Source: a virus
Direction: 5' to 3' (one strand)
Virus record (IMG/VR): IMGVR_UViG_3300032242_002232
Location: 1 to 64,000 of that record
Length of the DNA stretch: 64,000 nucleotides
Shown: piece by piece, positions 19,523-29,372 of the stretch
Numbering within the stretch: position 1 is the stretch's first letter
Layout of the letters: every line of letters starts with the position of its first letter
Translations under genes and position numbers: made by a program
The notes under the pieces: generated by a model
What the model saw: only the letters and a program-made list of their open reading frames with translations
Told to the model about the DNA's origin: nothing
Database searches by the model: none

Positions 19523-19885
19523 ATGAATAGCCCAGACGGAGTATATGATCACTCTAAAGGCCGCCCAATTGTTGGTGAAACAAATGAGCAAGAAATTAGA
19601 TATGACTATATTGGCCCATTTGCAACAGTTCAAGACTCTCTTATATCACGAGCGTTAAATGCTATTACAATGCCAGGTGATCGTCTTCAAGAAATTGTTA
19701 GACCAAATCTTCCACAAATACAGTTACTACCAGCTCAAATGGGGTATAGGACTCGAGCACTCGGCATTAGAGATGTTATAAATGTTAATGAAGATTTCTC
19801 ACCAAATCCAGTTCGTGTAGATACCTATGGATCCGCCGGAGCCCAGGGAACAGCTCGCAACGCTCAAGGGCAAGGGTTTTGGTAA
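19523..19885 (+). CDS. hypothetical protein
   Basis: Coupled ORF. Confidence 0.6.
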   Translation: MNSPDGVYDHSKGRPIVGETNEQEIRYDYIGPFATVQDSLISRALNAITMPGDRLQEIVRPNLPQIQLLPAQMGYRTRALGIRDVINVNEDFSPNPVRVDTYGSAGAQGTARNAQGQGFW

Positions 19886-20064
19886 TGGAGCACGAGCAGA
19901 TCTACACAGAAACTATATATGGTGGGTCAAAAGAGTGCCCTGGTTGTGGCTCATCTATGACCCCAGTAGCCTCAACTTTTGCCGGGTCTACCGGTAAGTG
20001 TTCAGACTGCCGCAATCGTGGCCATGAAAAGAATCTTAAAGCCGCAATGGCAAAACCGCGGTAG
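19885..20064 (+). CDS. small Zn-ribbon protein
   Basis: CPGCG...CSDC. Confidence 0.55.
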   Translation: MEHEQIYTETIYGGSKECPGCGSSMTPVASTFAGSTGKCSDCRNRGHEKNLKAAMAKPR

Positions 20065-20122
20065 TTACACAGACAATCTGCCATAATTAAGGGAAAATAC
20101 AAGGATCTAAGGAAGGATTACT

Positions 20123-20644
20123 ATGGCACGCGAGCAGTTTAACCATGAGTGGGACCCAAAAAAGAAGAAAAAAGATGAGTCCGCTAGGGACAAGAAGTAC
20201 CCTCTGAATCCTGATAAGAAGGCTCCTTATAAAGGCACGCCTAATCCTAAGCCTGGTAATAATTATAACGAGCAGCATGATGTTTCTATGGGTGGAAAAA
20301 AAGAACCAAAGCATACAAACCCAGAAAAACCTAAACCTAAACCAAAAAATCCTTACAATGAAATACGCCACGCTTCTGATATGTCACATAAAAAAGATCC
20401 TCATAAAAATCCAGAAAAACCTAAAGGAACAGAAAAACCTAATCCTAAAAAAGGGTACCCTACTGATGACCTTTTCAAAAAGATGCAAGATCATAAGAAG
20501 TCTGTAAAGATTGAGCCACTTAAGAAAAAGACCACAGAGTCTGTACTTAAAGAAAAGATGGAAGCTAAAGAAAAGCTTAAGAAGAAATCTCCTAAGTCTC
20601 GTGCACGCCCAATGTTGCCAAAGACAAAGAAGAAGAAAAAATGA
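20123..20644 (+). CDS. Lys/Pro-rich basic protein
   Basis: SD AAGGA; NPEKPK repeated. Confidence 0.6.
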   Translation: MAREQFNHEWDPKKKKKDESARDKKYPLNPDKKAPYKGTPNPKPGNNYNEQHDVSMGGKKEPKHTNPEKPKPKPKNPYNEIRHASDMSHKKDPHKNPEKPKGTEKPNPKKGYPTDDLFKKMQDHKKSVKIEPLKKKTTESVLKEKMEAKEKLKKKSPKSRARPMLPKTKKKKK

Positions 20645-20856
20645 AAGCTAGATCTCGCAGGGAGGGGCTTCCACGTAGAGAACATGAGTCAAAGCGTAAA
20701 GCTAACCCTGTTCGTGATCACTATAAGACTATGTCTAATTATCATATTAGCCCTATGGTGTTAGAAGATATCTCTAAAGAATCTGAAAGAAAGCACCAAG
20801 AAAAAAATGATGCTGGAATGAAAAAATTAAAAGCATGGGGAGGACCAAACTCATGA
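20641..20856 (+). CDS. basic hypothetical protein
   Basis: ATGA coupling. Confidence 0.55.
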   Translation: MKARSRREGLPRREHESKRKANPVRDHYKTMSNYHISPMVLEDISKESERKHQEKNDAGMKKLKAWGGPNS

Positions 20857-21182
20857 GTAAACCACGTAGAGAGATGGACCCACGCCGTACAGCTAAGTCT
20901 ATTCGTAATCATGAAAAGACTATGCAAGCCTATGGAAATGCTTCCGGTTGGTTAAGATTAAACAGCAAAGCTTTTGATAACAAGTACGAGACTCATGATA
21001 TTGACGCTATCTACCCTTCCGTAGAACGCGGTGACCGGCCTGCCGGAGATGTTATTCACCCTAAGAATAGTAATCCTCGCAGAGACGCGGAAATGGGTGC
21101 TGTTATGAAGTCTGATAGTGAAAAGTCACGTATTGGACATACAATTGGTAAAGGCCACGTAGCTAAAGCTAGAAAAGGATAA
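20853..21182 (+). CDS. basic hypothetical protein
   Basis: ATGA coupling, SD GGAGG. Confidence 0.6.
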   Translation: MSKPRREMDPRRTAKSIRNHEKTMQAYGNASGWLRLNSKAFDNKYETHDIDAIYPSVERGDRPAGDVIHPKNSNPRRDAEMGAVMKSDSEKSRIGHTIGKGHVAKARKG

Positions 21183-21185
21183 ATA

Positions 21186-21458
21186 ATGGCAACTAACGAA
21201 TCACGCTCACTAAACGAGGGCCTCAATGAAGGCTCTACAGATGGCAAGTACCGCAAGGTGCGCCCTAATACAGAGGTAGACCCTGGTATGGGCGATGAGA
21301 TCGTGCGTGCAAATCGCAGTGCTCTCAATCCTTACTGGAACTATGACTACATCGACCAAGAGTCAGCTACTAAGGTGTCTCCAGGAAAGATTACGGCTAC
21401 AAGCTCAACTCGTCGTATTTCAGACTCATACACTAATAAGATGGGCCCAACTCTTTAA
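21186..21458 (+). CDS. hypothetical protein
   Basis: TDGKYRKVRP. Confidence 0.6.
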   Translation: MATNESRSLNEGLNEGSTDGKYRKVRPNTEVDPGMGDEIVRANRSALNPYWNYDYIDQESATKVSPGKITATSSTRRISDSYTNKMGPTL

Positions 21459-21467
21459 GGAGCCGAC

Positions 21468-21638
21468 ATGGCAAAAAAGCCGGGAATAAAAAAATCCCCA
21501 GCCCTTAAAGTTGTTAAGAAAGTGGCCGGACGTTTAGACAACCTTATTATGGGGTCAACACATGATGCTCCGTCATCCCACCCTGTCCATAATAAAGATT
21601 TACTGGATCGCAAATTTAAAGATATGCAGGGCAAATAA
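21468..21638 (+). CDS. 56-aa basic protein (not in ORF track)
   Basis: SD AAGGAG; MAKKPGIKKS...MQGK; TAATG coupling. Confidence 0.6.
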   Translation: MAKKPGIKKSPALKVVKKVAGRLDNLIMGSTHDAPSSHPVHNKDLLDRKFKDMQGK

Positions 21639-22204
21639 TGGCAGGCAAGTCTCAGTTAGATGGTGCTGCCAGCAAAACCTATTCAAGTTGTCACGGTACT
21701 GGTTGCGAAAGTCCTGCTCGTAAAGCTGTAATGCTTACTTCTATTGACGAACAAGGATCTGAAGCTCACATTGTCCCCCTATGTAAAAACTGTGAGACTA
21801 AAGCACATAAAAATGCTGCAAAACGCGGCCTTGCTGCGCCACAATCTACACGTTTGACAAAGCAAATGGCCCAAAACCTTCGAGGTATGGACGGAGACAC
21901 TCGCCCAATTAATCCTCATAAAGCCAATAAAGAAAGACTTCAAGGCAAGCGTCCAGTTAACAGTAGTCGTAAACATCTTGTAGGACAAGCCCCTGAGTCT
22001 ATGACAAAAGCTCATACAATTAAGATTAATCAACTTGACCCAGAAAGAGCTATGCCTATCAGTGCAGTAGATAGTGATACTCCAATTGGTCGTGCTTACA
22101 GAGACCGTCACATGGAGGTAGCAAAACGACGCAGAACACCTCAACAAAGAGCTGAAATTATTAATCAAGCTATTAAGGGTGTTTACGAAGGCAAGCATGA
22201 GTGA
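21638..22204 (+). CDS. hypothetical protein with N-terminal Cys motif
   Basis: CHGTGC...CKNC. Confidence 0.6.
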   Translation: MAGKSQLDGAASKTYSSCHGTGCESPARKAVMLTSIDEQGSEAHIVPLCKNCETKAHKNAAKRGLAAPQSTRLTKQMAQNLRGMDGDTRPINPHKANKERLQGKRPVNSSRKHLVGQAPESMTKAHTIKINQLDPERAMPISAVDSDTPIGRAYRDRHMEVAKRRRTPQQRAEIINQAIKGVYEGKHE

Positions 22205-22634
22205 AAAAAAAGGTAAAAAATCAGCCCGTCTTGTAACTGGCGCTGTCCCTTTAAGAGTACATTTAGAAGCTTTAAAACAATCAAATGACAAGTATTTAAA
22301 AGACACCGGAAAATCCCAGTTTAATATTGATTCCGGTGAAGGTTCCGCTGGAGCTCAAACTCAAGCAGGATACGAATTAGCTAAGAAGTCTAAAGTTTAT
22401 TATTTTAGAAATCCCGGCAGAAATCGATCTGAACGAGAGGCCGGCGCTGTTCAGCCTGCATACATAAAAGAAGAAAAGATGGATAAGGGCCGAGACCAGG
22501 TTGTTAGTGGAGATATTAAGATTTCTAAGCGTCGTAAAGCTTTTGAAGAGGCTATTGCACCCCGTGTTGAGAAAATTGAGCAAGAGTACTTTGCTAATAA
22601 AGCTGCCGCCGGTAAGGAAATTAAGTTTAAATAG
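22197..22634 (+). CDS. basic hypothetical protein
   Basis: Coupled ORF. Confidence 0.55.
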   Translation: MSEKKGKKSARLVTGAVPLRVHLEALKQSNDKYLKDTGKSQFNIDSGEGSAGAQTQAGYELAKKSKVYYFRNPGRNRSEREAGAVQPAYIKEEKMDKGRDQVVSGDIKISKRRKAFEEAIAPRVEKIEQEYFANKAAAGKEIKFK

Positions 22635-22692
22635 GGGTAGATTATCCCCACAACTTATTCTGGTAGAGTAGTTCTCCTATTGAAGGAGTGCT

Positions 22693-23271
22693 ATGAGCGA
22701 TCTATTTGGAAGTGCCAAAAGCCCTGCTGATCTTGGCGGGGAGTATATTGAAGTAAAAGACGACAGCGATAAAATTCGTCTACTTTACTGCTGGGATTGT
22801 AAAACCATCGAGGAATTACCTGATTTTGAAGGAAATCCCGATGATGACATTACTCTAGAATTTGCTATTGAAAAGCATGAGTCTGCTGGAATTAAACATG
22901 CGGGTTCATTACTAAAAGTTGGAAGTGAAACTTGGGGCAAGGAAGCTGCGCGTAAGCAGATAATTAAGAGTTTACGAGATCAAGCAGGAGGCCTAGGAGG
23001 CGGACTTGCAGATATTGATCCAGAGTACTACCACACTAAATCAACCTTTGGTGAAGATGCTATGAAGTGTTACGACCTACACTTGCGCCCTGCAGGAATG
23101 TGCGCAGACTATGGTTCAGACCGCAAGAAGATCGTACCAAAGACTCAGGCAGATCGTAAAGAGTTGGGACTTCCTGTCTCAACCACTAGTATTTACCTGT
23201 GTGACTTCTGTGTAGTGAAGTCGTTCGTAGTAACAAAACAACGTAAACAAGCCGGCATGTATAACGATTAG
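22693..23271 (+). CDS. Zn-binding hypothetical protein
   Basis: CWDC, H..H, C..H..C, LCDFC; SD AAGGAG. Confidence 0.7.
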   Translation: MSDLFGSAKSPADLGGEYIEVKDDSDKIRLLYCWDCKTIEELPDFEGNPDDDITLEFAIEKHESAGIKHAGSLLKVGSETWGKEAARKQIIKSLRDQAGGLGGGLADIDPEYYHTKSTFGEDAMKCYDLHLRPAGMCADYGSDRKKIVPKTQADRKELGLPVSTTSIYLCDFCVVKSFVVTKQRKQAGMYND

Positions 23272-23280
23272 GAGCAACAA

Positions 23281-23580
23281 ATGACAGAAGTAACAGTAGA
23301 TGACGCAACAATTGTAAATGAAGATGGAACAACTAACGATCAGAAGAGTGCATTACCAAATATTAAGTTTGGTTTTGTAGTTCTTGTAGATACAGACGGA
23401 ACAATGTATATTGAACGTAACAAGGCAGCAATTGCTGGAGTAGACGTAGAACGTGACGCCACCCTAATTGAAGTTCGTCGTTATTGCCAAGAGGTTCTAT
23501 TCGATCTCGCAGCACAAGCCGCTGCCGAATACACCACTCTTCGTCTATCCCCACCAGCTTCACAGGAGCCTACTAACTAA
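23281..23580 (+). CDS. hypothetical protein
   Basis: SD AGGAG. Confidence 0.65.
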   Translation: MTEVTVDDATIVNEDGTTNDQKSALPNIKFGFVVLVDTDGTMYIERNKAAIAGVDVERDATLIEVRRYCQEVLFDLAAQAAAEYTTLRLSPPASQEPTN

Positions 23581-23613
23581 GACGTAACGACAAAAAAGGT
23601 AGATAATTAGACC

Positions 23614-24546
23614 ATGGACAAAGACAGGCTTTTGGCTAAATTTGGTGAAGTGGTTGATATATCTCCAGGGTCAACCTCATACTTCAGCACGCCTGATGCG
23701 GGTTTAGATCCAAACCTTTTTATCGGTAATCACATAAAGCCTTGGGTTAGAAATAACATAGTCCGAATTTTATTTGATCACTTATCTCTTCAGTACTCCG
23801 GACCCAGCAAGTGGGCACATGTATGGCTTGCTGGTTCCGGTGTTTCTTACCAATGGTCTGCACACAGAGATCCTGGTGATTTAGACTGCTTGGTTGGTAT
23901 TAATTATCCAGTTTTTAGACAAGCTAACTTAGAATACGCAGGTTTATCCAATGTTGAGATCGCTTCGATGTTCAATGAGGGTTTTAATGAAGACCTCTTA
24001 CCAGAAACCAAAAACTGGAATGGGTATGAGCTCACCTACTACGTCAACCCTCAGTCAGATATCAAGGATATTAACCCGTACGCTGCTTACGATCTTACTG
24101 AAGATAGTTGGACGGTAGAGCCAAACCCATCAGACCACGCACCTTTTTCTCGTGCTTGGGAACAACAAGCTAATCGTGATTACAATGTTGCTATGGAATT
24201 AGTGTCTAGATATCAACTTGCTTTAGCAGATATTAAGTCTGCACCAAACGACGCTTATAGACTTAATGCTGAAAGACGTTTGATGCTAGCGGTGGACCAA
24301 GCAGTAGCAGTGTATGATGATATACATTCTGGGCGTAAAGAAGCCTTTAGCTCTACAGGTGCGGGTTATTATGATTTTCACAACTATAGGTGGCAAGCCG
24401 GTAAAAAATCTGGCGTAGTTCAAGCTTTGAAGGCAATAAAAAGTTATAAAGATGAGATTCAAAAAGAAAGTCAATTAGAACTATACGGCGTGGAACTTCC
24501 AACAGCCCGAACCCTTATTAGAAGAGTAGCGCAGAAGAAAAAATGA
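23614..24546 (+). CDS. Pol-beta superfamily nucleotidyltransferase
   Basis: hG[S] motif WLAGSGVS plus GDLDCLV (DxD); third acidic residue in YELTYY; leaderless GATAAT-6-ATG. Confidence 0.75.
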   Translation: MDKDRLLAKFGEVVDISPGSTSYFSTPDAGLDPNLFIGNHIKPWVRNNIVRILFDHLSLQYSGPSKWAHVWLAGSGVSYQWSAHRDPGDLDCLVGINYPVFRQANLEYAGLSNVEIASMFNEGFNEDLLPETKNWNGYELTYYVNPQSDIKDINPYAAYDLTEDSWTVEPNPSDHAPFSRAWEQQANRDYNVAMELVSRYQLALADIKSAPNDAYRLNAERRLMLAVDQAVAVYDDIHSGRKEAFSSTGAGYYDFHNYRWQAGKKSGVVQALKAIKSYKDEIQKESQLELYGVELPTARTLIRRVAQKKK

Positions 24547-25007
24547 CAGCATTGGTTTCGTTAGATGGAGTTCTACGAACCGAAGTGGGTGATCCAATAC
24601 ATGAGGGTCTAAAGCTTTATCGAGTTCTCCTAACAAGCTATCGAGTAGTTATAGCTACTGATGGTACGAAAGATGAGGCCGAGCATTGGCTGCGAGCTAA
24701 TATGGTTGTTGGCCATGCCGATTTGCTAGACAATACCCTAGCTTATGAAGGGCAAGACCTTAGATTGAGACAGCTGCAGGTTATGCGGTCTTTGGGGGCC
24801 GTTGAGCTCTTTGTTGATGCTGATGTAGACCGTATATCTAAAGCATACGGGTCGGGAGTAACTTCCCTTATGTTTGCCGCACCTAAATTTGTTAGAACCA
24901 AGCGTCAGGTAAAGCCTTGGGATGAGTTAAAAACAGAGTTAGAGAACCAGAAAGAGCTTCGGGCAAAGCTTGCATTTGACGACCTATCCGCCCATAGATG
25001 GGAATAA
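24543..25007 (+). CDS. HAD-fold protein with degenerate motif I
   Basis: VSLDGVL (Ser at nucleophile Asp), IATD, LFVDAD. Confidence 0.65.
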   Translation: MTALVSLDGVLRTEVGDPIHEGLKLYRVLLTSYRVVIATDGTKDEAEHWLRANMVVGHADLLDNTLAYEGQDLRLRQLQVMRSLGAVELFVDADVDRISKAYGSGVTSLMFAAPKFVRTKRQVKPWDELKTELENQKELRAKLAFDDLSAHRWE

Positions 25008-25010
25008 CGG

Positions 25011-26474
25011 ATGGATATTGTATTTTTGGGTGGAGAAGTCCCCTCTCACCGTAAACTCTTAGAAGAAGCTGGCGTAAAGCATATTGGAGTCAATTACTGG
25101 CGCCTTGTGAAGCGAGGCCTACCCACAACTAAAGACTATTTGATCTCAGATCGCTTTGATGATGCCACACATGTATACGTGACCGCAAAGATCAATAATG
25201 AGAAAGAACTGACCAAGGAAGAGCTGGTTGAGTTTGATACCAACTTTGAAGACTGGGTTATTGTAAACAGCGACCGTATTGACATTGCTATTGAGTTTAA
25301 CTCTTCTCTGGGCAAGGCATACCTTGAAGAGTCTCGAGAGACTTTTTGGACTGACTTTGGACATGACCGATTTGTCCCAATTTGGGACCACACTCAAGGA
25401 CATAACGAGCTTCATCGTTTAGCAAAGAAATACCCTAATGTTGGTATTAACGGTCCGTCCATTAATGAGGATAAGGCGCTAGCTGGCGTTACACGAGCTC
25501 TTGTCACACAGTTTGGTACAAAGTTTCACGCCATAGGATTTATGAACCCAGAGAACCTACGACAGATCCCATTTACCTCTGTAAGTACCTTGGCATGGCT
25601 ATCCCCAATGATGAGAGGTGAAACCATTGTCTGGGATGGTAAGAAACTTCATCGTTACCCTAAGCGCATGAAAGATCAAGCTCGTGCACGCTATAAAGCG
25701 GTCATAGAGAAGGCGGGATTAGACTATGATTTGATCCTAGCCGATGACTCCAATGAGGTAACAAAGCTTGCAATTTGGTCGTATCTACAGTTGGAGAATT
25801 CTTTGAATAATGGTTTTAACCCCTTGTTATCTGATAACAGTGAGTTTAGGGATGATCCAGGTGAAGCGGAAACAGGTGGGGTTGAACCTGATAACAGGGC
25901 TATAGACATGCGGAATAATTTAGAGACAAGAGACCCAGAAACCCTCCAACCTTTGCCGGTTTTTGGCATTTCAAGTAAGACGGTTATGGAAAAAGATGAG
26001 TTTGGGCAAACCACAATTCGGGATGTTCCGGTACTAAACAGCTCTACTGTATCGCTTCGACAGTGCAATACCTGCTTTGTGGCAAACAATTGCCCAGCCT
26101 TTAAACCCAACAACTCATGTGCTTTTAATCTCCCAATTGAGGTAAAGACTAAAGACCAATTAAAGGCTTTATTGAATACAATGATTGAAATACAAGGCTC
26201 CCGCGTTGCTTTTGCTCGATTTGCAGAAGAATTAAACGGAGGATATCCTGACCCAAATACTTCCCAAGAGATGGACCGACTCTTCAAATTGGTCAAGCAA
26301 ATGAAGGAACTGGAGGAGAACAAGGAGTTTGTAAGGATGACAGTAGAGCGCCAGACCTCTGGCGGTGTAATGTCTGCCTTGTTTGGGGATAAAGCCACGA
26401 CTCTTCGTGAGCTCCCAAATGATGGGTTATCTGAGACTGCGGTATCGCAGATCCTCTCAGACGGCCTTGAGTAA
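25011..26474 (+). CDS. TGT/DpdA-like TIM-barrel protein with C-terminal Cys4/helical domain
   Basis: IVFLGG, FVPIWD, KFHAIG, IPFTSVSTLAW; CNTC-x5-C-x8-C. Confidence 0.5.
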   Translation: MDIVFLGGEVPSHRKLLEEAGVKHIGVNYWRLVKRGLPTTKDYLISDRFDDATHVYVTAKINNEKELTKEELVEFDTNFEDWVIVNSDRIDIAIEFNSSLGKAYLEESRETFWTDFGHDRFVPIWDHTQGHNELHRLAKKYPNVGINGPSINEDKALAGVTRALVTQFGTKFHAIGFMNPENLRQIPFTSVSTLAWLSPMMRGETIVWDGKKLHRYPKRMKDQARARYKAVIEKAGLDYDLILADDSNEVTKLAIWSYLQLENSLNNGFNPLLSDNSEFRDDPGEAETGGVEPDNRAIDMRNNLETRDPETLQPLPVFGISSKTVMEKDEFGQTTIRDVPVLNSSTVSLRQCNTCFVANNCPAFKPNNSCAFNLPIEVKTKDQLKALLNTMIEIQGSRVAFARFAEELNGGYPDPNTSQEMDRLFKLVKQMKELEENKEFVRMTVERQTSGGVMSALFGDKATTLRELPNDGLSETAVSQILSDGLE

Positions 26475-26521
26475 TAGCTTCACTGTTATCAGATAATAGC
26501 AATATATACCCTTGAAATGGA

Positions 26522-28570
26522 GTGTCCGTGTTTTCTTTTACCCTAAGCGATGATTTTGTAGGTTCTTACCAAGATAAGAAAGTCCCTTGGGGCTATCAAG
26601 ACGCGGCAGGCAACTCCGTAGGTGAGATCATTTTTCTTAGAACCTACTCTCGTCTTAAGGAAGATGGAACCAAAGAGACTTGGGTTGATGTATGCGAACG
26701 CGTCATTAACGGCATGTACTCACTACAAAAAGATCACGCTAAAACCAATCGCCTACCGTGGTCAGACACTAAAGCCGCGGCTTCAGCTAAAGAGGCTTTT
26801 GACCGCCTATTCAACCTAAAGTGGACACCGCCAGGGCGTGGACTTTGGGTTATGGGAACTCCGCTTGTAAATGTTCAAAAGAATTCAGCCGCCCTTCAAA
26901 ACTGTGCTTTTGTATCTACAAACTCTATGACCAAGAACGACCCTGCTAAGCCTTTTGCTTTTCTTATGGAAGCTTCCATGCTAGGAGTTGGAGTTGGCTT
27001 TGACGATAAGGGTGCAGACAAAGAATTTTCAATTTACTCCCCAACAGAAGGAGATGCCTATGTCATCCCAGACACCAGAGAAGGATGGGTCGAATCAACC
27101 TCAGCCCTCATCAATTCCTACCTTAAGCCAGATCAGAAGCGCCCTGTCTTTGACTACTCCGTCATCCGACCAGAAGGGACTCCGATTAAAACCTTTGGAG
27201 GAACAGCAGCTGGAGCAGATCCGCTCATTAAGCTCCATGGACACATTGATAGGATTTTCAAAGATAGATCTGGACAAAAACTTACTCGCGTAGATATCGC
27301 GGACATTGGCAACCTTATTGGTGTATGTGTTGTTTCTGGTAACGTACGTCGTTCAGCAGAGCTTCTTATTGGCCGAATTGATGACCAGGAGTTCTTAGAC
27401 CTAAAGAATGCTGAAAAGTTCCCTGAGCGTAACTCGTATTCTAAGAAAGCTCCAGGATGGGGTTGGATGTCTAACAACTCCGTAGAAACGTCGGTCGGCA
27501 CAGATCTATCGCCCATTATTGAGGGTATCAGCCGTAACGGAGAGCCGGGCGTAATTTGGATGGATGTAACCCGTAAATACGGTCGTTTAGCGGATCCAAT
27601 TAACAATAAGGACTGGCGAGCTGCTGGGTATAACCCTTGCGCTGAACAGAGCCTTGAGTCATTTGAGTGCTGTACTTTGGTTGAGACATACCTCAACCGT
27701 CATGACAGTTTAGAAGACTACAAGCGCACACTTAAGTTTGCATATCTGTACGCCAAGACGGTAACTCTTGTCCCAACTCATTGGGAAGAAACTAACGCCA
27801 TTATGCAACGCAATCGTCGTATTGGAACATCCATGTCCGGTGTAGCTAACTTTGCTGACAACAAAGGTCTACCAACACTTCGTGAATGGATGGATCAGGG
27901 CTATGGAGTTTTGCAGGCATACGATAAGTCTTACTCAGAGTGGTTGGGTATTCGTGAGTCTATTAAGACCACAACAGTAAAGCCATCAGGAACAGTCTCA
28001 ATCCTAGCGGGAGAATCTCCAGGAGTTCATTGGACTCCAGGAGGTAAGTATTTCCTTCGCACTATTCGTTTTGGTAACACAGACCCAATGCTTCCATTAT
28101 TTAAGTTAGCCAATTACAGAGTGGAGCCGGCAAGCGAATCTCCAGATACAACAACTGTGGTGTATTTCCCAATCAAATCAGACGCTAAGCGCAGTGAAAA
28201 AGAAGTGTCTATCTATGAAAAAATGGCTCTCGCTGCAACGGCTCAGCGTTATTGGTCTGATAACTCAGTCTCTGTGACGGTATCTTTTAACCCCAAGACA
28301 GAGGCGGCTTCTATTGGGACAGCTCTTCATATGTATGATGGTCAATTAAAGACAGTCTCGTTCTTACCAATGGCTACTGGTACATACGAACAAATGCCTT
28401 ATACAACTAGCAATGAAGAAGAGTACGAAGAGGGTAGAATGACCCTATTCCCAATTGACCTAAAAGGGGTTTATGAAGGAATGGCCTTTGACGCAATTGG
28501 AGAGGCTTACTGCACAACAGACGCTTGTGAGGTAAAACTAATTAGAGAGGAAAACAAGAGTGCCAACTGA
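26522..28570 (+). CDS. nrdJ: class II (AdoCbl) ribonucleotide reductase, RTPR type
   Basis: PPGRGLW, LQNC, GNVRRSA, NPCAEQSLE, CCTLVE, TVKPSGT, C-terminal CTTDAC. Confidence 0.95.
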   Translation: MSVFSFTLSDDFVGSYQDKKVPWGYQDAAGNSVGEIIFLRTYSRLKEDGTKETWVDVCERVINGMYSLQKDHAKTNRLPWSDTKAAASAKEAFDRLFNLKWTPPGRGLWVMGTPLVNVQKNSAALQNCAFVSTNSMTKNDPAKPFAFLMEASMLGVGVGFDDKGADKEFSIYSPTEGDAYVIPDTREGWVESTSALINSYLKPDQKRPVFDYSVIRPEGTPIKTFGGTAAGADPLIKLHGHIDRIFKDRSGQKLTRVDIADIGNLIGVCVVSGNVRRSAELLIGRIDDQEFLDLKNAEKFPERNSYSKKAPGWGWMSNNSVETSVGTDLSPIIEGISRNGEPGVIWMDVTRKYGRLADPINNKDWRAAGYNPCAEQSLESFECCTLVETYLNRHDSLEDYKRTLKFAYLYAKTVTLVPTHWEETNAIMQRNRRIGTSMSGVANFADNKGLPTLREWMDQGYGVLQAYDKSYSEWLGIRESIKTTTVKPSGTVSILAGESPGVHWTPGGKYFLRTIRFGNTDPMLPLFKLANYRVEPASESPDTTTVVYFPIKSDAKRSEKEVSIYEKMALAATAQRYWSDNSVSVTVSFNPKTEAASIGTALHMYDGQLKTVSFLPMATGTYEQMPYTTSNEEEYEEGRMTLFPIDLKGVYEGMAFDAIGEAYCTTDACEVKLIREENKSAN

Positions 28571-28712
28571 GAACGAAGACTGGGATAAGATTATTGACGA
28601 GTCCGGTTTAGAAGAAGATGAGCTCGCAGAAGAGTACGAATGGGATGACGAAGACCTCGAAGAATGGGAAGAAGCATTCGACGAGGACCTAGAAGAAGAA
28701 GAAGAGGAGTAG
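28560..28712 (+). CDS. 50-aa hyperacidic protein (not in ORF track)
   Basis: MPTENEDWDKIIDESGLEEDELAEEYEWDDEDLEEWEEAFDEDLEEEEEE; SD GAGG. Confidence 0.6.
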   Translation: MPTENEDWDKIIDESGLEEDELAEEYEWDDEDLEEWEEAFDEDLEEEEEE

Positions 28713-28766
28713 TAGGCAGGCAAACGCAAGTGGGCAGACTACACCGCCGCCGCCAACACAAACATT

Positions 28767-29372
28767 ATGGAAATCAACAATAAAGTATTACCTATTGTTC
28801 TCCCACTTGACCTCTTTGAAGAACTCAAGACTTACACAATGACTGAGTTCGCCAAGGAAAGAGCTAATCCAACACTTCGTACCCGTATTCCAAACACACA
28901 CGGACGAGTTATATTGACGTCAAATGATCGTAGATTCAAAGACGATAAAGAACCAAACGTTATCGGAAAAGTTCACGAGTATTTACTGCCATTCGTGCGT
29001 GATCACTTCAATGATCAGACCTTATTGCCAACAAAAGGAACTGTAGGCATTTACTTTGGCCCAAGAGCAGAGTTACAGGCCCATATAGATGATGATGCTG
29101 CTGAATATTCTTTTGATATGGTTATTTATAAAGAAGAACCTTGGCCTATTCATATCGATGATAAGACATTCGATTTAGAAGAGAACCAAGGCGTGTTCTT
29201 TAGAGGCAACCATCAGTATCACGGCCGAGATGCTTTCCCGCATCCAGAATCAAATGTGTACGCCTCTGCATGGTTTTATTATTGCCCTCCGGACCATTGG
29301 TACTTTACTCATGGCCCAGAGTTCTTATATGTTAAGCGGGGAGTAGATCCGAAGATACCTTATCTTCAGTAG
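28767..29372 (+). CDS. 2OG-Fe(II) oxygenase
   Basis: LQAHIDD (HxD), WPIHID, HQYHGR. Confidence 0.8.
   Translation: MEINNKVLPIVLPLDLFEELKTYTMTEFAKERANPTLRTRIPNTHGRVILTSNDRRFKDDKEPNVIGKVHEYLLPFVRDHFNDQTLLPTKGTVGIYFGPRAELQAHIDDDAAEYSFDMVIYKEEPWPIHIDDKTFDLEENQGVFFRGNHQYHGRDAFPHPESNVYASAWFYYCPPDHWYFTHGPEFLYVKRGVDPKIPYLQ

Noticed and set aside
25724-26398. Long antisense ORFs (also 27154-27696, 36062-36550, 21779-22306)
   Set aside because: Shadows of strongly coding genes on the opposite strand; no SD or motifs
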